From assembly GCA_976551045.1 (NCBI GenBank), contig CDPCPM010000033.1:2666001-2730000 (forward strand): DNA of 64,000 bases, written 5' to 3'. Made by a program: the position numbers and the translations under genes. Below, piece after piece: positions 1 to 13,358 of the stretch. Source of the DNA: Glaucostegus cemiculus (Eukaryota). Position 1 is the first letter of the stretch. Each line of letters begins with the position of its first letter. The notes beneath the pieces are model-generated. The model was not told the DNA's origin and searched no databases. It saw only the letters and a program-made list of their open reading frames with translations.

Positions 1-2871
1 ATGGAAAGTGACTTCATTAATATACTTTTGTGTTGTGCCTTCAGGGTCATTTGCCCGCTGAAAAACTAATTTTAAGTCAATGGATATGGCTCCCTGGTAA
101 CTTCCAGTGAGTGGATCACAGTGAATAATGGGGTGGGTCCAGCTGCCATGATTTCTGTGGAGTAAGGAAAGCATACTGTATCCCTGGCTACATGAGTAGA
201 CCTGCCCTTAAAAAAAACATATTTTGAAGTGGATGCTCTTAGCAGTCACAGAGCTGTTGAATGGGGTGTCTTCCCTCCTTTTGTTTCAAACTAATGAGTT
301 CTTCATCAAAATGTCTATCTGTCGTGGCCCTTCATAACACTTTCAGGTTAAATTATATGTACTGTGCCTGCTTTGGAGATAAAATAAATGCTAAACATTT
401 TAGTTTATCAACCTGTGCTCAATGTTAACAGAAGTTCCACTTGCTGCTAACTTTATGGAGTGACATTTTTGTTTTCAAGTAGTCTGAGTATTAGGCAACT
501 GTAATGGCCTAGGTTTCCTGGATGTAATTGCCATGATGTTGTCAGTATTCACTGTCATATACATTGGTAAAAGCAACACTAACTTCTGCAGAACTTAAAT
601 GTGGATTTAAAGATGGAAATCGATAAGTTGTCATGAATTACCCCCCTGCTCCTTTGCAGTGTGCACTGAATTGAAGTGCATCCCCCTGCATCAATGAACT
701 GATTAAAACTTCAGATTCTCACAATCTTTTTTCATGGTAAAAATGCTTGAAAATTTTACACGTTGATGCATAGTGTATGTAATTTTTTAGTACCATACTA
801 AGCCTAATTATAGATCAGCAAACTATCTGACATTAAATATCTAATTTTATACATGAGGAATGGAATTTTCCTGGAAAATATGTTAAAATGTAATGGATTT
901 GAATAATAAAATATTTTTTTTTAATTTTAAGAAAGATTATGATATTTCACCATCTACGATGCATAGTTTAAAAGTTAAATAAAAGTAAATGTTAGAAACC
1001 TTTAATTTCAGTGGGTGTCTTGCCACACTGAAGACATCACAGTTACTGGATGTCAAAGTTCCCCTTGAACTGATGCCTGTCAGCAACTAGTGTGGGGAAA
1101 GAAGAAGTTCATGCCCTGAAACTGGCAAGCTCATTGTTGTGGAAAGTTTTCTTCAAAGTCAGCAATTTGATTTTATCCCTCTACCGCTGACTGTAAAATC
1201 CAGTCTTAAATATTAATTAGGGGCTGATCTCCTCTTGTAGGACCTCCTTATAAAGTCTGTTGTTGATGAGGAGAGGGGTGATGGTGGACATCAGAACCTA
1301 CAACCATCAACTAAAAAAAAAGAAAGGTATCCCTGATCGGTAGAAGTAAACATGCTGAATACTTCTGTCTACGTGTGCATGTGATGCAACCATATAACCT
1401 GTTTAGAAAAACCACCAGAGTTGAATATTCAGGAAACATATTTCAAAAGTATGATAAAACAAATCTTTTCCTTTCTGCTGCCTCTAAAAGTTATAACTAT
1501 TGCTCCCCACTTCTCAATCTCAATTTAACACATTCTCTTCTCTCATTCTCATGACCCCTATCCCCCAACCAGGATTTTACTGAGGAAATGAATCAATCCT
1601 AGGCTCTCTTGCTTCAGGCACACAATTGTAATGCAGTTAATTCATGACACATGGAAGAGGGACCGAGTAGTTCTACAAAAAAAAATTGAGCATTTGTACA
1701 CCAGCTACACGATAAAATAATGAGTGGCAGTTACGGTAATGCGAATGAATGGATGGGAAAGGTAGAAGCTGAGTTGTCTATTTGGCTGTTTTGCATAGAA
1801 GATAGATCTAAATCTTCACCTAACTGATATCTCAATAATAACCTTACATATCTCTGACAGTTTTCTTCCCATGTGCTAAAGGATTATTAGAGGAAATGGG
1901 TGTTGAAATGGTTACGATATTGTTTAACTGCTTTCAACCTTCAAGGCCACTTAACCTGTACTCTCCCCACCTACATTCTGGGTCGCACAATTATGTAAAG
2001 TAGCTTTATCAGGGAAGGAAATTATACAAAGTCCAGATATTGCTAGGTAAACTGCTTGATAAAATCAGCTTGATGGCTTTCCAAGATTATCAGGAAATAC
2101 TATTAAATGCATAGGCAGTATATCTGTGCTGATGCACCTCTCAGGCAATGGCCTATACTTTTACGTGCAGTTAATTTGCTTTATATTTCTGGACTAGTTT
2201 AGAAAATGTCAATATTTGCACTGCTCAGCATATTTTTCTTTCTGTTAAGAGTGTAAAAATAATACATTTCAATTTGGAACATGGCTCAATCTGGCCAAAG
2301 TATTAGAGTTCAGTTTATGCTAATCAAATTAAATTGACTTTCATTTACCAACCTTTTATATGTGATGATCTATGATATACAAAAATCTGTCGACAACTTT
2401 TCTCATATTGACGACTTCATATTTAGAATGGAAATTACTGAGGTAAAATTGTCATAACAACATTGACTCCTGAGACGATGCTACAGAAGTAAGTTTGAAA
2501 GTGTAGCAATGAATATTTACAAAGAATTTTTCAACATAGTATAAATTTATAACAATAATATAACAATAAGAATTTAGGACTGACATGGATCTTCAAATAC
2601 AGTCTAAATCCTTCTTCTAAGCCTGCTTCACCTCATGGCTTAACTTGGTCTTGAGTAGCTATCCACACCATGGGAAGCTGGGCAAGTAACATTTTAAGAG
2701 TGCAACGTGTGTACAGTCATGACATCAGCTTTTTCCATTACAAATTCCTGTATTCAAGTTTATAATGGAAATTCCCTTTGTATGTTTGCCATGGATTGTC
2801 ACCACTGGCAGGAAATGTCATTACATTGTATCCAGTTTATAAAGGTGATTTCTATCATAAGTACAAAGGCC

Positions 2872-2962
2872 TAATACTGTGGATGTTGGAAATTTGAAAT
2901 ACTATTGGCAAATTTTGGAACTACTCAAAAGGTCAAGTGGTATCTGTGGAGAAAGGAGCTAC
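2872..2962 (-). mobile_element. Decayed Penelope terminal-repeat (pLTR)-derived fragment
   Basis: ggatgttggaaatttgaaat...actactcaaaaggtcaagtggtatctgtggagaaagg is the reverse orientation of the repeat that ends the Penelope copy at 37081-37150; the same repeat occurs at 18445-18560 and 29630-29760. Confidence 0.6.
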
Positions 2963-3340
2963 GTATGTGGAGCAGAACTTCCTTTGCCCTGAGATCACTG
3001 GCTGCTTAACCCTGCACCATTCTGCTTCTTCCGACAAGGCCCTGGATGCATTCTCCTGCTGGAAGCCTGGCTCCCAATGCTTCAGCTTGGCACAGTAGCA
3101 TAGGATCTTTCTCTGCCTCGGCTATTACACTGATGAAGCCCCACCAATGGACTCTCTGTTAACACTGCCACAGCTGCTGAATGAGTATCTTATACAGACA
3201 AATAGAGACACAATTTAAATGAAGAAAAGTTCCACTCATCTTTCTCCCAAATGCCAGTTTCTTTCAGTTAAGCCTGAAATAAGGCTCAGCGTACAGATTT
3301 CTCTGTCTTTTTAAAATTCATTTTTGGGATACATGCATCA

Positions 3341-4397
3341 ACAATCAGTAAGAATAGGCAGCAACACCTCCACCAAGATTATTCTCAACATTGGTGCCCC
3401 ATAATGCTGCATCCTCAGCCCTCTACTCTACTCCCTATACACTCATGACTGTGTGGCAGGATTTTGCTCCAACTCCATCTACAAGATCGTAGATGATACC
3501 ATGACAGTAGGCTGTATCTCAAATATTGATGAGTCAGAGCACAAGAAGGAGATCAAGAGCCTAGAGACATGGTGTCGTTACAACAACATTCCCTCAATGT
3601 CAGCAAAACAATAGAGCTGGTCAATGAGTTCAGGTATTGGGGCAGTGCACATGCTCTTGTTTGCATCAATGGTACTGAGTTCAAGAGGGTTGAGAGCTTC
3701 AAGATCCCAGGAGTGAACATCACCAATTGCCTGTCTTGGTTCAACCAGGTTGACATAATGGCCAAGAAAGCTCACCAGCACCACTACTTCCTTAGGAGGC
3801 TAAAGAAATCTGGCATGTCCCCTTTGACCCTCACCAATTTTTATCAATGCACGATAGTAAGTATCCGATCTGGATGCATCATAGTTTGATATGGCAACTG
3901 CTCTGCCTGTGACTGCAAGGAACTGCAGAGAATTGTGGACACAGCTCAGCACATCACGGAAACCAGCCTCCCCTCCATGGACTCTGTCTACATTTTTCAC
4001 TGCCTTGGTAAAGCAGCCAACATAATTAAAGACTCCACCCACCATGAACATTCTCTGTTCATCCCCTCCTCCCATCAGGCAGAAGATACAAAGGCCTGAA
4101 AGCACGTAGCACAAGGCTCAAGGACAGCTTCTACCCCACTGTTTTAAGACTATTGAGTGGTTCCCTAGTACAGTAAAATGGACTTTTGACCTCACTATCT
4201 ACCTTGCAACTTATTGTCTATCTGCACTGCATTTTCTCTGTATCTGTAACACTTTATTCTGCATTCTGTTATTGGTTTAACTTGTACTACCTCAATGCAT
4301 TGTGCAATGAATTGATCTGTATGAACTGTATGCAAGACAAGTTTTTCACTGTAGCTCAGTACATGTGACAATAACAAGCCACTTTACCAATTTATTT
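3341..4397 (+). mobile_element. 5'-truncated Rex1/Babar LINE: RT C-terminal half, C-terminal domain and 3' UTR
   Basis: Translates as QSVRIGSNTSTKIILNIGAP*CCILSPLLYSLYTHDC...SIYKIVDDT (decayed GAPQG/FADD RT motifs), then ERVESFK..GV.IT..LSW..KKAHQ..YFLRRLKK..LTNFYQCTI.S (ORF 3569-3889). Ends in gtgacaataacaagccactttaccaatttattt. Contains stops and frameshifts. Confidence 0.92.
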
Positions 4398-4399
4398 AG

Positions 4400-5560
4400 C
4401 AACAACTAGGTCAGCATCCTTGAGAAGGTAGTGATGAGACACCACCCTAAACTGTTGCCATCCTTCTGGTGAAGATACTTCCACACAACTGTTGATTAGG
4501 GAATCCCAGGATTTAAATGCAGTGATGATGAAGGACCAACAATGTATTTTGTACAAGTCAAAATAAGGTGTGACTTGGAGGGTAAACTGCATGTGGTGGT
4601 ATTCCTATACATCTGCCGCTTTTGCATTCTTGATGGTAGAAGTACTGAGTTTGGAAATCGCTGTTGGAATAACCTAGGAAAGTAACTGTGTATGTTACAC
4701 ATGGTACCCACCACAGTGGTGGAAGGAAGGAATGTTTAGGGTGGCTGATGGGGGCACCTGTCAAGTGAGCTACTTATCCTGGATAGTGTTGAGCCTGTTG
4801 TCGGGGCTGTGTTCCTCCAGACAAGTGGTGAAATCCATCACACTCATGACCTGTGCCTTGGAGTGTCAGGAATTGAAACACTCATCACTGAATTCCCAGC
4901 CTCTGACCTGGTCTTGTATTTGTGTGCCTTGTTTAGATGAGTTTCTGGTCAGTGATGACCACAAGATATTGATGGTGGAGACTTAGTGATGATAATGTTA
5001 TTAAATGTTGCGGGTTATAATGTCTCTTGTTGGAGATAGTCATTATATAGCACTTTTGTGAAGCAACTGTTACTTGCCGCTTCTCAGCCCATGCCTAAAT
5101 ATTGTTTGGGACATATCAACTGCAGGCAAGGGCTGTCTCATTTACTGAAGAGTTGGGAATGGAAATGAATATTGAGCAATCGTCGGTGAATATCCTCACT
5201 TCTGGTGTTATGATGCAGGGAAGGTCAATGATGAAGCAACTGAAGACAGTTAGGCCTAAGACACTGCCTTGAGAAGCTCTTGCAGTGATATGCTGGTGCT
5301 GGAGTGATTGACATCCAGCAAGCAAAGCCATTTTCTTTTATGTGAGGAATGCCTCTAACCACTGGAGTCTTTATTCTTTAATGTCCATTGGCCAGAGTGC
5401 TTTGAAGCTACATATAATCAAATACTGACTTGATGTCAAGGACAGTAACTCTCAGCTCACCTCTAGAATTCAGCTCTTTGGTACGTTTGAACCAAGATCC
5501 GGAGTCATTTAGTCCTGGCAACACCTAAACTGGGCATCTGTGAATAGGTTATTGTAGAGT
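4400..5560 (-). mobile_element. CR1/L2-superclade LINE 3' portion (RT to 3' end); extreme 3' tail displaced to about 3310-3340
   Basis: Minus-strand ORF 5116-5331 ITARASQGSVLGLTVFSCFIIDLP...VRIFTDDC matches decayed GVPQGSVLGP..F..FINDLP...FADD. A second copy of the same family lies at 21910-22700. Confidence 0.88.
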
Positions 5561-5744
5561 AAGTGCTGTTTGATTGTACTGTTCATGAATTGGGAAGCCA
5601 TTGAAAGTAGATACTGCCCAGTGGAACTCCATGAAAAGTCCACAGCAGTATCTGGCAGCACAGTTTTGAACAATTAAATCGGCATTGATCCTAGCACTGA
5701 TGGTAGTATCAGGTTGGAAAAGAAAGCCCATTATTCCAAGTTTG

Positions 5745-5818
5745 GATCAACGATGATGATCAATCAGATGAAGCTGCTGCCTGACTTGCTGAATAATTGG
5801 AACATTTTCTGTTTTACT
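5745..5818 (+). mobile_element. Decayed Penelope pLTR-derived fragment
   Basis: gctgcctgacttgctgaataattggaacattttctgttttact matches the repeat at 37101-37145 and 29685-29730. Confidence 0.55.
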
Positions 5819-7577
5819 ATTAAATTTTGTCATAATTTGAGAGAAAGGAATTTATAATTAAAATAAGGATGAAGTATACTCATTCAAAATGAATCATTCC
5901 TACAACTACAGGGATTTGATCATCCTTGATCTTTAATGCTGCTTCACCTGATAGCTGGTCTTGGTCTTAACTCCTTTGGGATAATTCAGACTTTGTGCTA
6001 AAGTGTAAATCACAGAGTAGTGAACTGGTAGAATGAACTAAAATTATGCCGTCATATCTAATACCACTGCCAACGTAGTATTATATATTTCTGTTTGCAC
6101 ATTCAGGTACCTATTTATCCATATGTTTCATCAATGAGTTTCCCTTCTCTTGATAATGTTGGCAATTCAAGACTATGCTCATACTTGCCACTATTTATTA
6201 TATAAAAAATGTTTAATAGAAACTTCATTTCACTTGTCTTCTTCCCTTCTGCCTTTATGCTATTTTCATTTTCTCTACTCTGCCTCTCAAGACATGTTTA
6301 CGTTAATGATAACAGCTAAATGAGTGTACAGCATATCAGTCATTATAGGGTTATTTGACCACAATTTCTTGCTTGATATTCATAAATATTTTTCGCTATC
6401 TGCTGGTTCCATACATCACCCTTGGAACACCTAGCCTAATTGCAGCAATCCAAGAGCTGCCTCAGCTAACCTGCATTTATCTGGTCTCTGGGTCTCAACA
6501 GTACACACTAGCACCTTTACCTATCATCTTATCATATGTGCCACCATCTCAAAAGAGTCCTGGTGGTTTCCTGCAGTTTCGGATACAATTCAGCAGTTTG
6601 CTGTTTCTGTTCTGATCAGCCATTGCTCAATTTTTTGTTGCCTGCTGTTTTTATCTAGCTCTGCACATTCATTTATTATGATTTGATTGCCAATCCAGTA
6701 AGATATTGGAGTTCATAGTATTCCATAAATGACCAATGAAACACCAACTCACTTCAAAACCTCTTCAACGTGCAAAAGATGAGAATTCATCAAACATTGG
6801 TTTTTGGGGTCTCATTGAAGGAGTAGATCGAAGCTTTCAGAATCAAGTAACAATCAATTTAGCAGTAAGAACAAATAAGAAAAATGCCCCATGTCAGGGC
6901 AGGCTACAAATTATTTTAAGCAGTATTAATTCAATGTGATTGTTTTTGAATGTTCCTATGATGCATTGTTATTTGTCACTCTCTGCTTATTGCTTATCAT
7001 TTTTGCTTCAGCATTTCTTATCAAAATAGTGAAGTCCTCAGGAAGAAATTAAGCAACTGAAACTAAATGCTTACCCTGAGAAAATGCTCTAAAACTGCTG
7101 ATGTTAACAGGATTCTTACCAGTTACTGCATTTGGAATGTATGCTTTGGATGTTGATGTAATAATGCATTTCTTTTTTGTGTGAACTGTTCCACCGGACA
7201 ATGCCAATATGTTGAATCCAAAACTTTTAGCAGCACAGCTGAATCCAGATCTCAGCAGGATAATCAGCTGAGTGTGGGAGGGGCAATGTAAATTTGCCAA
7301 TTTGAAAATAGAGATCTATATTCCAAGTTAACAACTGTTCTAAATTATTATTTTTGGTAAAGAATGAAAATTGAAAAAAAATCATGTAGTAGACTACAAG
7401 ATCTAGCAGCCTTATCTTTCTTCTTAGTGGAGATCTTGACAAAACTAATCTTTATTTTTGGCTGACTAGGTCTCTGGGTGTAGGTCCCCTCTATTTCTTC
7501 ATATCTTGAGTTATAATGCAAAGAAGAGCAGGGAAATTCTCTTCAACTCTTGTGCAAATTTTATCTTTTAATCAATT

Positions 7578-8018
7578 CAATAAAACTTGGATAATCTGGC
7601 ACCCTTGGGACTTTGATAGTGGTGGGCTAGCAGATTTTCTGAACAATTTGATGCTATTAATACTCAAATGCACTTGTATTTCACTTTTGTTTACATGTTA
7701 CACAATAGTATAATAAATTTTTCAGTGAACCCAATGAGTTTAAAGAGAGCAGGAATATACGAGCTCTCCAGACCTAAGATCCAGTTTTAAAAAATCCACC
7801 CACCTTCCTGACCCTTGGTATTCAGGACCTCAACCCTAGCTCCTGTTGTACTGTGGCCCACTGTCCAGACTAAAGCCTTAGTCACACTCTGGACCCCTGG
7901 CTCTAGCCGGGCACACTGCTTGCATTCTGGGCCTTTGGCATATAATCTGGATTAATGAGTAGGCCAGGGCCATCAGAATTCCCTAACAATCAGATGCCAG
8001 GTTATTTGAGCTTCATTG
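7578..8018. mobile_element. Tigger/pogo-like non-autonomous DNA transposon (MITE)
   Basis: Left end caataaaacttggataatctggcac vs reverse complement of right end caatgaagctcaaataacctggcat: 18/25 identical and all mismatches are transitions. CART-type terminus with subterminal repeats (ataatctgg). TA target duplications are not cleanly preserved. Confidence 0.6.
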
Positions 8019-8054
8019 AATCAGCAAAATAATCTAATTATTTACCTCTGCGCC

Positions 8055-8176
8055 TTTTCTGGGAACCTTGATACACACAATTTGGTTGTTACATTTATAT
8101 CTTCACTATTAGCAGGTTTTAAGTGAAGACATTTTGAATATGAAAGGTACCACATAAATAAATGTATTCCTTCTTG
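8055..8176 (+). mobile_element. Very decayed SINE 3' end (DeuSINE/L2-type tail)
   Basis: cacaatttggttgtt...gtgaagacattttg...tgaaaggtaccacataaataaatgtattccttc resembles the L2-derived tail (gtgaaaggcgctatataaatgcaagt). Confidence 0.4.
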
Positions 8177-9307
8177 TAGGACATCATAAAAAATGTTTTT
8201 GATTGCCTTCTTGAAAAACTGGTAGCTGCATTAGTTTTCAGGGACTAGAGTATAGAATCCCTCTTTTAAAAGCATCATAATTCCACAGAAGTATTTTTCT
8301 GCATTTAATTTCTACACAATGCATTTTGAAAAAATGCATTATCATATTGCTAAAGCATTAATGATCAGATGAAACCTCCCTGCTGTAGTTTTAAGAACCA
8401 TAAAAGACCTGAATTTTGTACATGCAAAGGGAATTAGAAATATTGAAGGAATCCTGCATGTTAAAATAAATAAAGAAATGCCTTTTAGTGCTTACTTTTG
8501 CAAATGCGTAACGAGCTCTCTCAAGGTATCGTGGTTAGGTTTAGGAAGTTTCTTGACCAGTCTTGCAACACACTGAACACGTTGACTGTAATCCTGATTT
8601 TCTGTTGGATGAAAATGACCACAGTTAGGACACTAGTTGAATACTATTATCTTTCCTCAGCTGGTTCCTTGTGACACATTTATTGCATTCTGATACATAT
8701 GCGGCAGTGACAGCTGAGTAAAGAAACTACAATAAGAGAGAAACTGAATGCATTTTTAGTTCTTTTAACTAAACAATTGTTCACTTAATACAAGAGATTC
8801 ATGACAGTGATGGAAGGCAGGCATGACCCAGATTGCCATCTGAGTTTTCTACAGTTCTGTTTCTGAATCTTTAAAATCAAAACAGTAAGTCCATTGTAAT
8901 ACATCAACATAAAAGAAAAATCTAAAATGCAGAGGTTCTGAGTTCTTGGTCAGCAGAGATAATTCATTTTAATTGGTTTATCAGATACAAGATATCATAA
9001 GATGTTAACCTGTTAATCACAGCTCTTAATCTTAAAGAGTTGTATGGTAGAAATTACTCTCAATAGCATTATTATATATTGGCCAAATGTACCAGCACCA
9101 AGTTTCATTAATTTAAAGAGGTTAAACTGCTTATTTCATGCTGGAATTAAAAGGGAATTAGATACACATGCTTTAAATTTATCTGATAGGCCTGGAATTT
9201 CCTGGAATATTTTTGCCATTATTAAGCTGTAAGAACATTGTAGCACATTTTTGTTTGCTGAGGAAATTTGCATGATTTATGCCTATATCATACTGAGCCA
9301 TTGGTAA

Positions 9308-10115
9308 GTCATAGAGCTGTACAGCACTGTGGGCCACTACGTCCATGATAACTGACCAACCACACAGTCCCATTTGCCCACACTAGGTCCATATCTTTCC
9401 AATACCTTGCTTATTTAAATGCCTGTCTAAATGTTCCATAAGCTAAGTGATTATATCTGATACCACCTCCTCCTTTGGCAGCAAGTTCCAACCACTGTGT
9501 ACGTGTAAAGCAAAATTTTCCCCTTGGATCCCCTTTAAAACTCCTTCTTCTCACATTACACTCATGCCCACTTGTTTTTAATAGCCATGCCATGGGAAAA
9601 GGATTCTGATTATCTACTCTATCTATGCCTCTTATAATTTTAATATACCTCTATCAGGTCAACCTTGAGCCTCTTTAGCTCCAGGGAAAACAAACCCAGC
9701 CTATCCAATCTCTCCCCATAACAAAAGTCCTCCAATCCAGGCAACATCTGGTGAGTTTTCCTCAGCACTCTCTCCAACATAATCACATCCTTTCCTTATA
9801 GTGTGGCAACCAGAACTGCAACTGTAGTTTAAATAGTGACTTGTAAATTTGCAATATAACATCCTAACTTTTATATTCTAAGCCCAAACTGAAAAAGGCA
9901 AGTATGCTATATTCCCTGTTCCCCTGTGTTGCCACTTACTGGAATCTATTGGCTTTAACCCTAAGGTCCTTCTGTTCATCAGCATTCCTTAGTGCCCTAC
10001 TATCTACGGACTTTAACCCTAAGGTCCTTCTGTTCATCAGCATTCCTTAGCGCCCTACTAATTATGTATATTCCCTACCTCTATATGAGTTACCAAAATA
10101 CATCATCTTGCATTT
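9308..10115 (-). mobile_element. CR1 LINE 3' fragment
   Basis: Typical reverse-strand CR1 3' end (gtcatagagctgtacagcac...cccatttgcc...ggcagcaagttccaacc...tatagtgtggcaaccagaactgca). Minus ORF 9411-9593 RRRSFKGDPRGKF.FT. Homologous to 41565-42155 and 51400-51930. Confidence 0.85.
9944..10059. repeat. 58-bp direct tandem duplication inside the CR1 copy
   Basis: The 50-bp core ctttaaccctaaggtccttctgttcatcagcattccttag(t/c)gccctacta occurs at 9953-10002 and 10011-10060 with one mismatch. Confidence 0.95.
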
Positions 10116-12009
10116 AACCACCTAATTCCTCTCTCCCCTGAGTAGTTTGTTTTTATCAGAACTCATTGTCAATGGTCCTAATACCATTCTTAAATCCCCT
10201 GCCCTTGGAAAAATCACTCCAAAAATTGTTTTGTGTCTGAAGTTTTTTAGCACATGATAAGCAAAAATTTATTGGCTTAGGGGTGTACTATATCTGGCAA
10301 GAGATACGTATGAGTATATTCAATTTTCTTTTAGAGTTCAGGCAATGCACATGTAATTCTAATGGCCATTTATGCCTTTTATACTTCTTAATTTGATTTC
10401 TCCTTTCCAGTTTTTTTGTTTATCCTATAAATAATTCTACATATTTTACCAATAGTTGTTTGATGTTACCGTCCTTGGTTGCTCAGTAGTTTGAGTAGGA
10501 ATGGGACATAAATGATTTCCATCACCTTCACAAAACTAGCTGCAAATCACTGTTCTACGCTGAAACCTGCTGCAACAGGGTTCCAGCTTAGTTTCTAGGT
10601 TTTCCTGAGGAAATTAGATTGGAAATGAAGAGAAATTAATGTATAGATATTCCCATTTCCAAGCCCACACATTTAATTTTACATTTACCTTTGGCCCCTT
10701 CCCATTGTGAAGGTTTAATTGGGATCGTGTTAACATAATTGGCAGACTTAAGTTTCCTTGCTAAAGAGTAAACACCTTCCAGCAACTTAAAAAATGTCTC
10801 AAATGTATTTTTTTTGTATGCAGCTGAAAACCTTTATCTCATTGTAAATAGTAGCAGCATTTTGAGAGATGTGAACAGGATTCCTCTGATCTTTTCATGG
10901 CACTACCTGAAGTCAATAGTACACATTGGCATGAAGGTCATAGAGCTTAAACATAGGTGGGGATGGGGGAAGTGGGGAGAAATGAACAATTTACGATTCA
11001 TCTTGCAGTGTCCAGTTTATTCTGGCTGCTTGTAATGCAGTTACCTGTTATGTGCTGACATTTATCAAAATCATTTAACCACATAGGTCATTCACAGAGA
11101 AGGTACTTTATCTTGATAACAGATCAGTATGAATTATAGTTTGCAGCTAGGTAGAAAATTGTGCTTTCTAGATACCTTTTTTTGTTATAAATCACCCAGT
11201 CACAACACTCTGTTCTTTCACACAAACCTGCTGAGACTAGTTTTTCTGACACCATTTTCATGCTTCCTGGAAAACTTTCAACTACTTCAGCTAATGGTAA
11301 ATAGACCATTATTTTTAAAGATGTTACCTCAGCAGCTCACCGCTGAATATAATGAAGTGTTTGTGTTAAAGGGGGAGAACACTTTGGGCTTCCTATTCGG
11401 AATGAGAAGGAAGCTTTCACAGTTTAAATCTACATCCTTTCCTTCAAGCACGTTATCCTTTTTTTTCCGGCTTTTAATAAACTCTTTTGAAGTCAATAAC
11501 AAATGAAAAAACAACATCCTATTTTAATTTCTTGGATTTTAAATGTAAGTAGTTTTCTTTTTCTGCAGGCCAGTGAGCTGACCTTCCATGTTAACCTAAG
11601 CACACGAAAGCTGTTACATGAATAAGTGTGATGATTTGATATTTTACTGAAATGCTAAGGTTAGTGGGAGCTTGTTGTAAGACATTTTTTTAAAAACATG
11701 GGCTGCACATTCAAGTCAAAATCATCCCATTTTCCTACATAATCTAACCTCCTTTCTTCAACTTCTTTGTTTGACATAGTTACATATGAGATGATGGGTT
11801 TGTGGCTTAATCCCATGCCAATACCCTTAAGGAAAATTGCAAAAAGACACAGAGGAATGTCCATTTAATTTCCTGTGATATGACTTTCCTTACCCATCAT
11901 CTGACAGCATCTGGAGTAAGCAATGTGCATCAATCTATTCAGCATGGCTTAGATGAGGTAACTAAATGGGACACTAGCTAAACCCAACAGTACAAAGGAT
12001 TAAGGTTGC

Positions 12010-12750
12010 AATCTGCTGGAGGAACTCAGCAGGTCAAGCAGCACCTAGGAGAGAGAAGGAATTGTTGACATTTCGGGTTGAAACCCTACATCAGGACTGA
12101 GAGTGGAGAGAGAAGATAGCCAGCATAAAGAGGAGAGGGGGATGGTGAGACAGGGGGTCAGAAGGTGGTCGGTGGACTGAGCAAGGGTAAACAATAATGG
12201 GCTGATGGAGCCAGGTAGGGGAGGGGAAAGGGTGAAGTTGGGAAACAGAGGCAGGTGGATGATATATGAAGGCAGAGAACAAAAAGGCAGACAGAGCCAA
12301 GCAGCTGAAGAAAGCTAGGAGAGTGATAAGCAGTAATACAAAGGCTGCTAGTGCTGGAATCTGATAAGTAAGGAAGGTGATAATGTGACTCATTGGGGGG
12401 AGGTAGGCAGATGGAACCAGAGGGAGGAGGGGAAGAATCCAATGGTCAAAATGTGTGGATAGTAGGTGGATGGAACCAGGACAAAAGTGGGTGATGGGGG
12501 GGCTTGGGGGTTAGGGAAAGGGGACAAAAATGAAAGGACCAAAGGTAGATTGGAAGGGGAGAGAGGTAGAGTGGGCACACAGGAGGCAAAGGTTACCTGA
12601 ATTTGGAAAATTCAGTGTTCATACCATTTGGGTTGTTGGCTACCCAGGCAGAATATGAAGTATAGTCCCTTTAGTTTGCATTGGGTCTCACCCTGGCAGT
12701 GGAGAAGACAGAGAGTGGATAAGTGGTGTGGAAATGGTAAGGGGAGTCGT
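12010..12750 (-). mobile_element. Penelope-like element 3' end: endonuclease C-terminus, pyrimidine-rich UTR and pLTR with decayed hammerhead
   Basis: Reverse complement of 12591-12715 translates LHCQGETQCKLKGLYFIFCLGSQQP/NGMNTEFSKFR*. Reverse complement of 12062-12099 is cagtc CTGATGT A GGGTT TC AACCC GAAA TGTC. Confidence 0.85.
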
Positions 12751-13358
12751 TTGTGTCTCCAAAGGATTAAGGTTGTTCAGTCCTGGATTTTGTTTTAAAG
12801 TGATCATATAATAATACATAAGGGATATGTAACAGCAGCATTTTTTAGATATATATTTTTATTGGAGGAACAAATTTCCCTGACACACTGGAATTATAGG
12901 AATCAGCTATTTGTCTCTAATAAACTCATAATCTGCATATTAACAATTAGCCTTCAAGAGATCTTAGTATTTGTTCATTTATAACAGTTGGACTCTGCCA
13001 TCATTAAAAAAGTGATAATTCTGGTTACATGTTGTCCCAACTTTGTGTCAGAATAATATATCATGTATTGCATGGTGCATGTTCAACTTCCATGAAAATT
13101 GTATATCCCTTGACTTACAATGAGCAACAGCATAGGAGAGCCATTGTAACTTTTAAAGATTCAGATCTATAGGGAGTGGACTGATACTGTCAATCCTCAT
13201 GGGCATTATCTACCTTAACAGAAATTAGACTTTTGTCCACCCAAACTAAAGCAGAACTCAAATGGTTGAGTGGAATTCAGTAACTGAGATGTTAAACCTG
13301 GAATATCCTAATGCTAAATTTACTTGGACAGCATTGTGTTGTGCTGTTTGCTCTCTAT

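Noticed and set aside
7228-7250. tagcagcacag resembling the miR-15/16/195 5' end
   Set aside because: The rest of the mature sequence and a supporting hairpin are missing.
10956-10978. G-rich run as a G-quadruplex
   Set aside because: Only three tracts of three or more Gs.
11129-11620. 125-aa ORF and a strong acceptor-like ttttctttttctgcag near 11568
   Set aside because: L/F-rich chance ORF; no matching donor or recognisable peptide downstream of the acceptor.
12091-12578. Pro/Ser-rich minus-strand ORFs
   Set aside because: Translation of the pyrimidine-rich Penelope 3' UTR.
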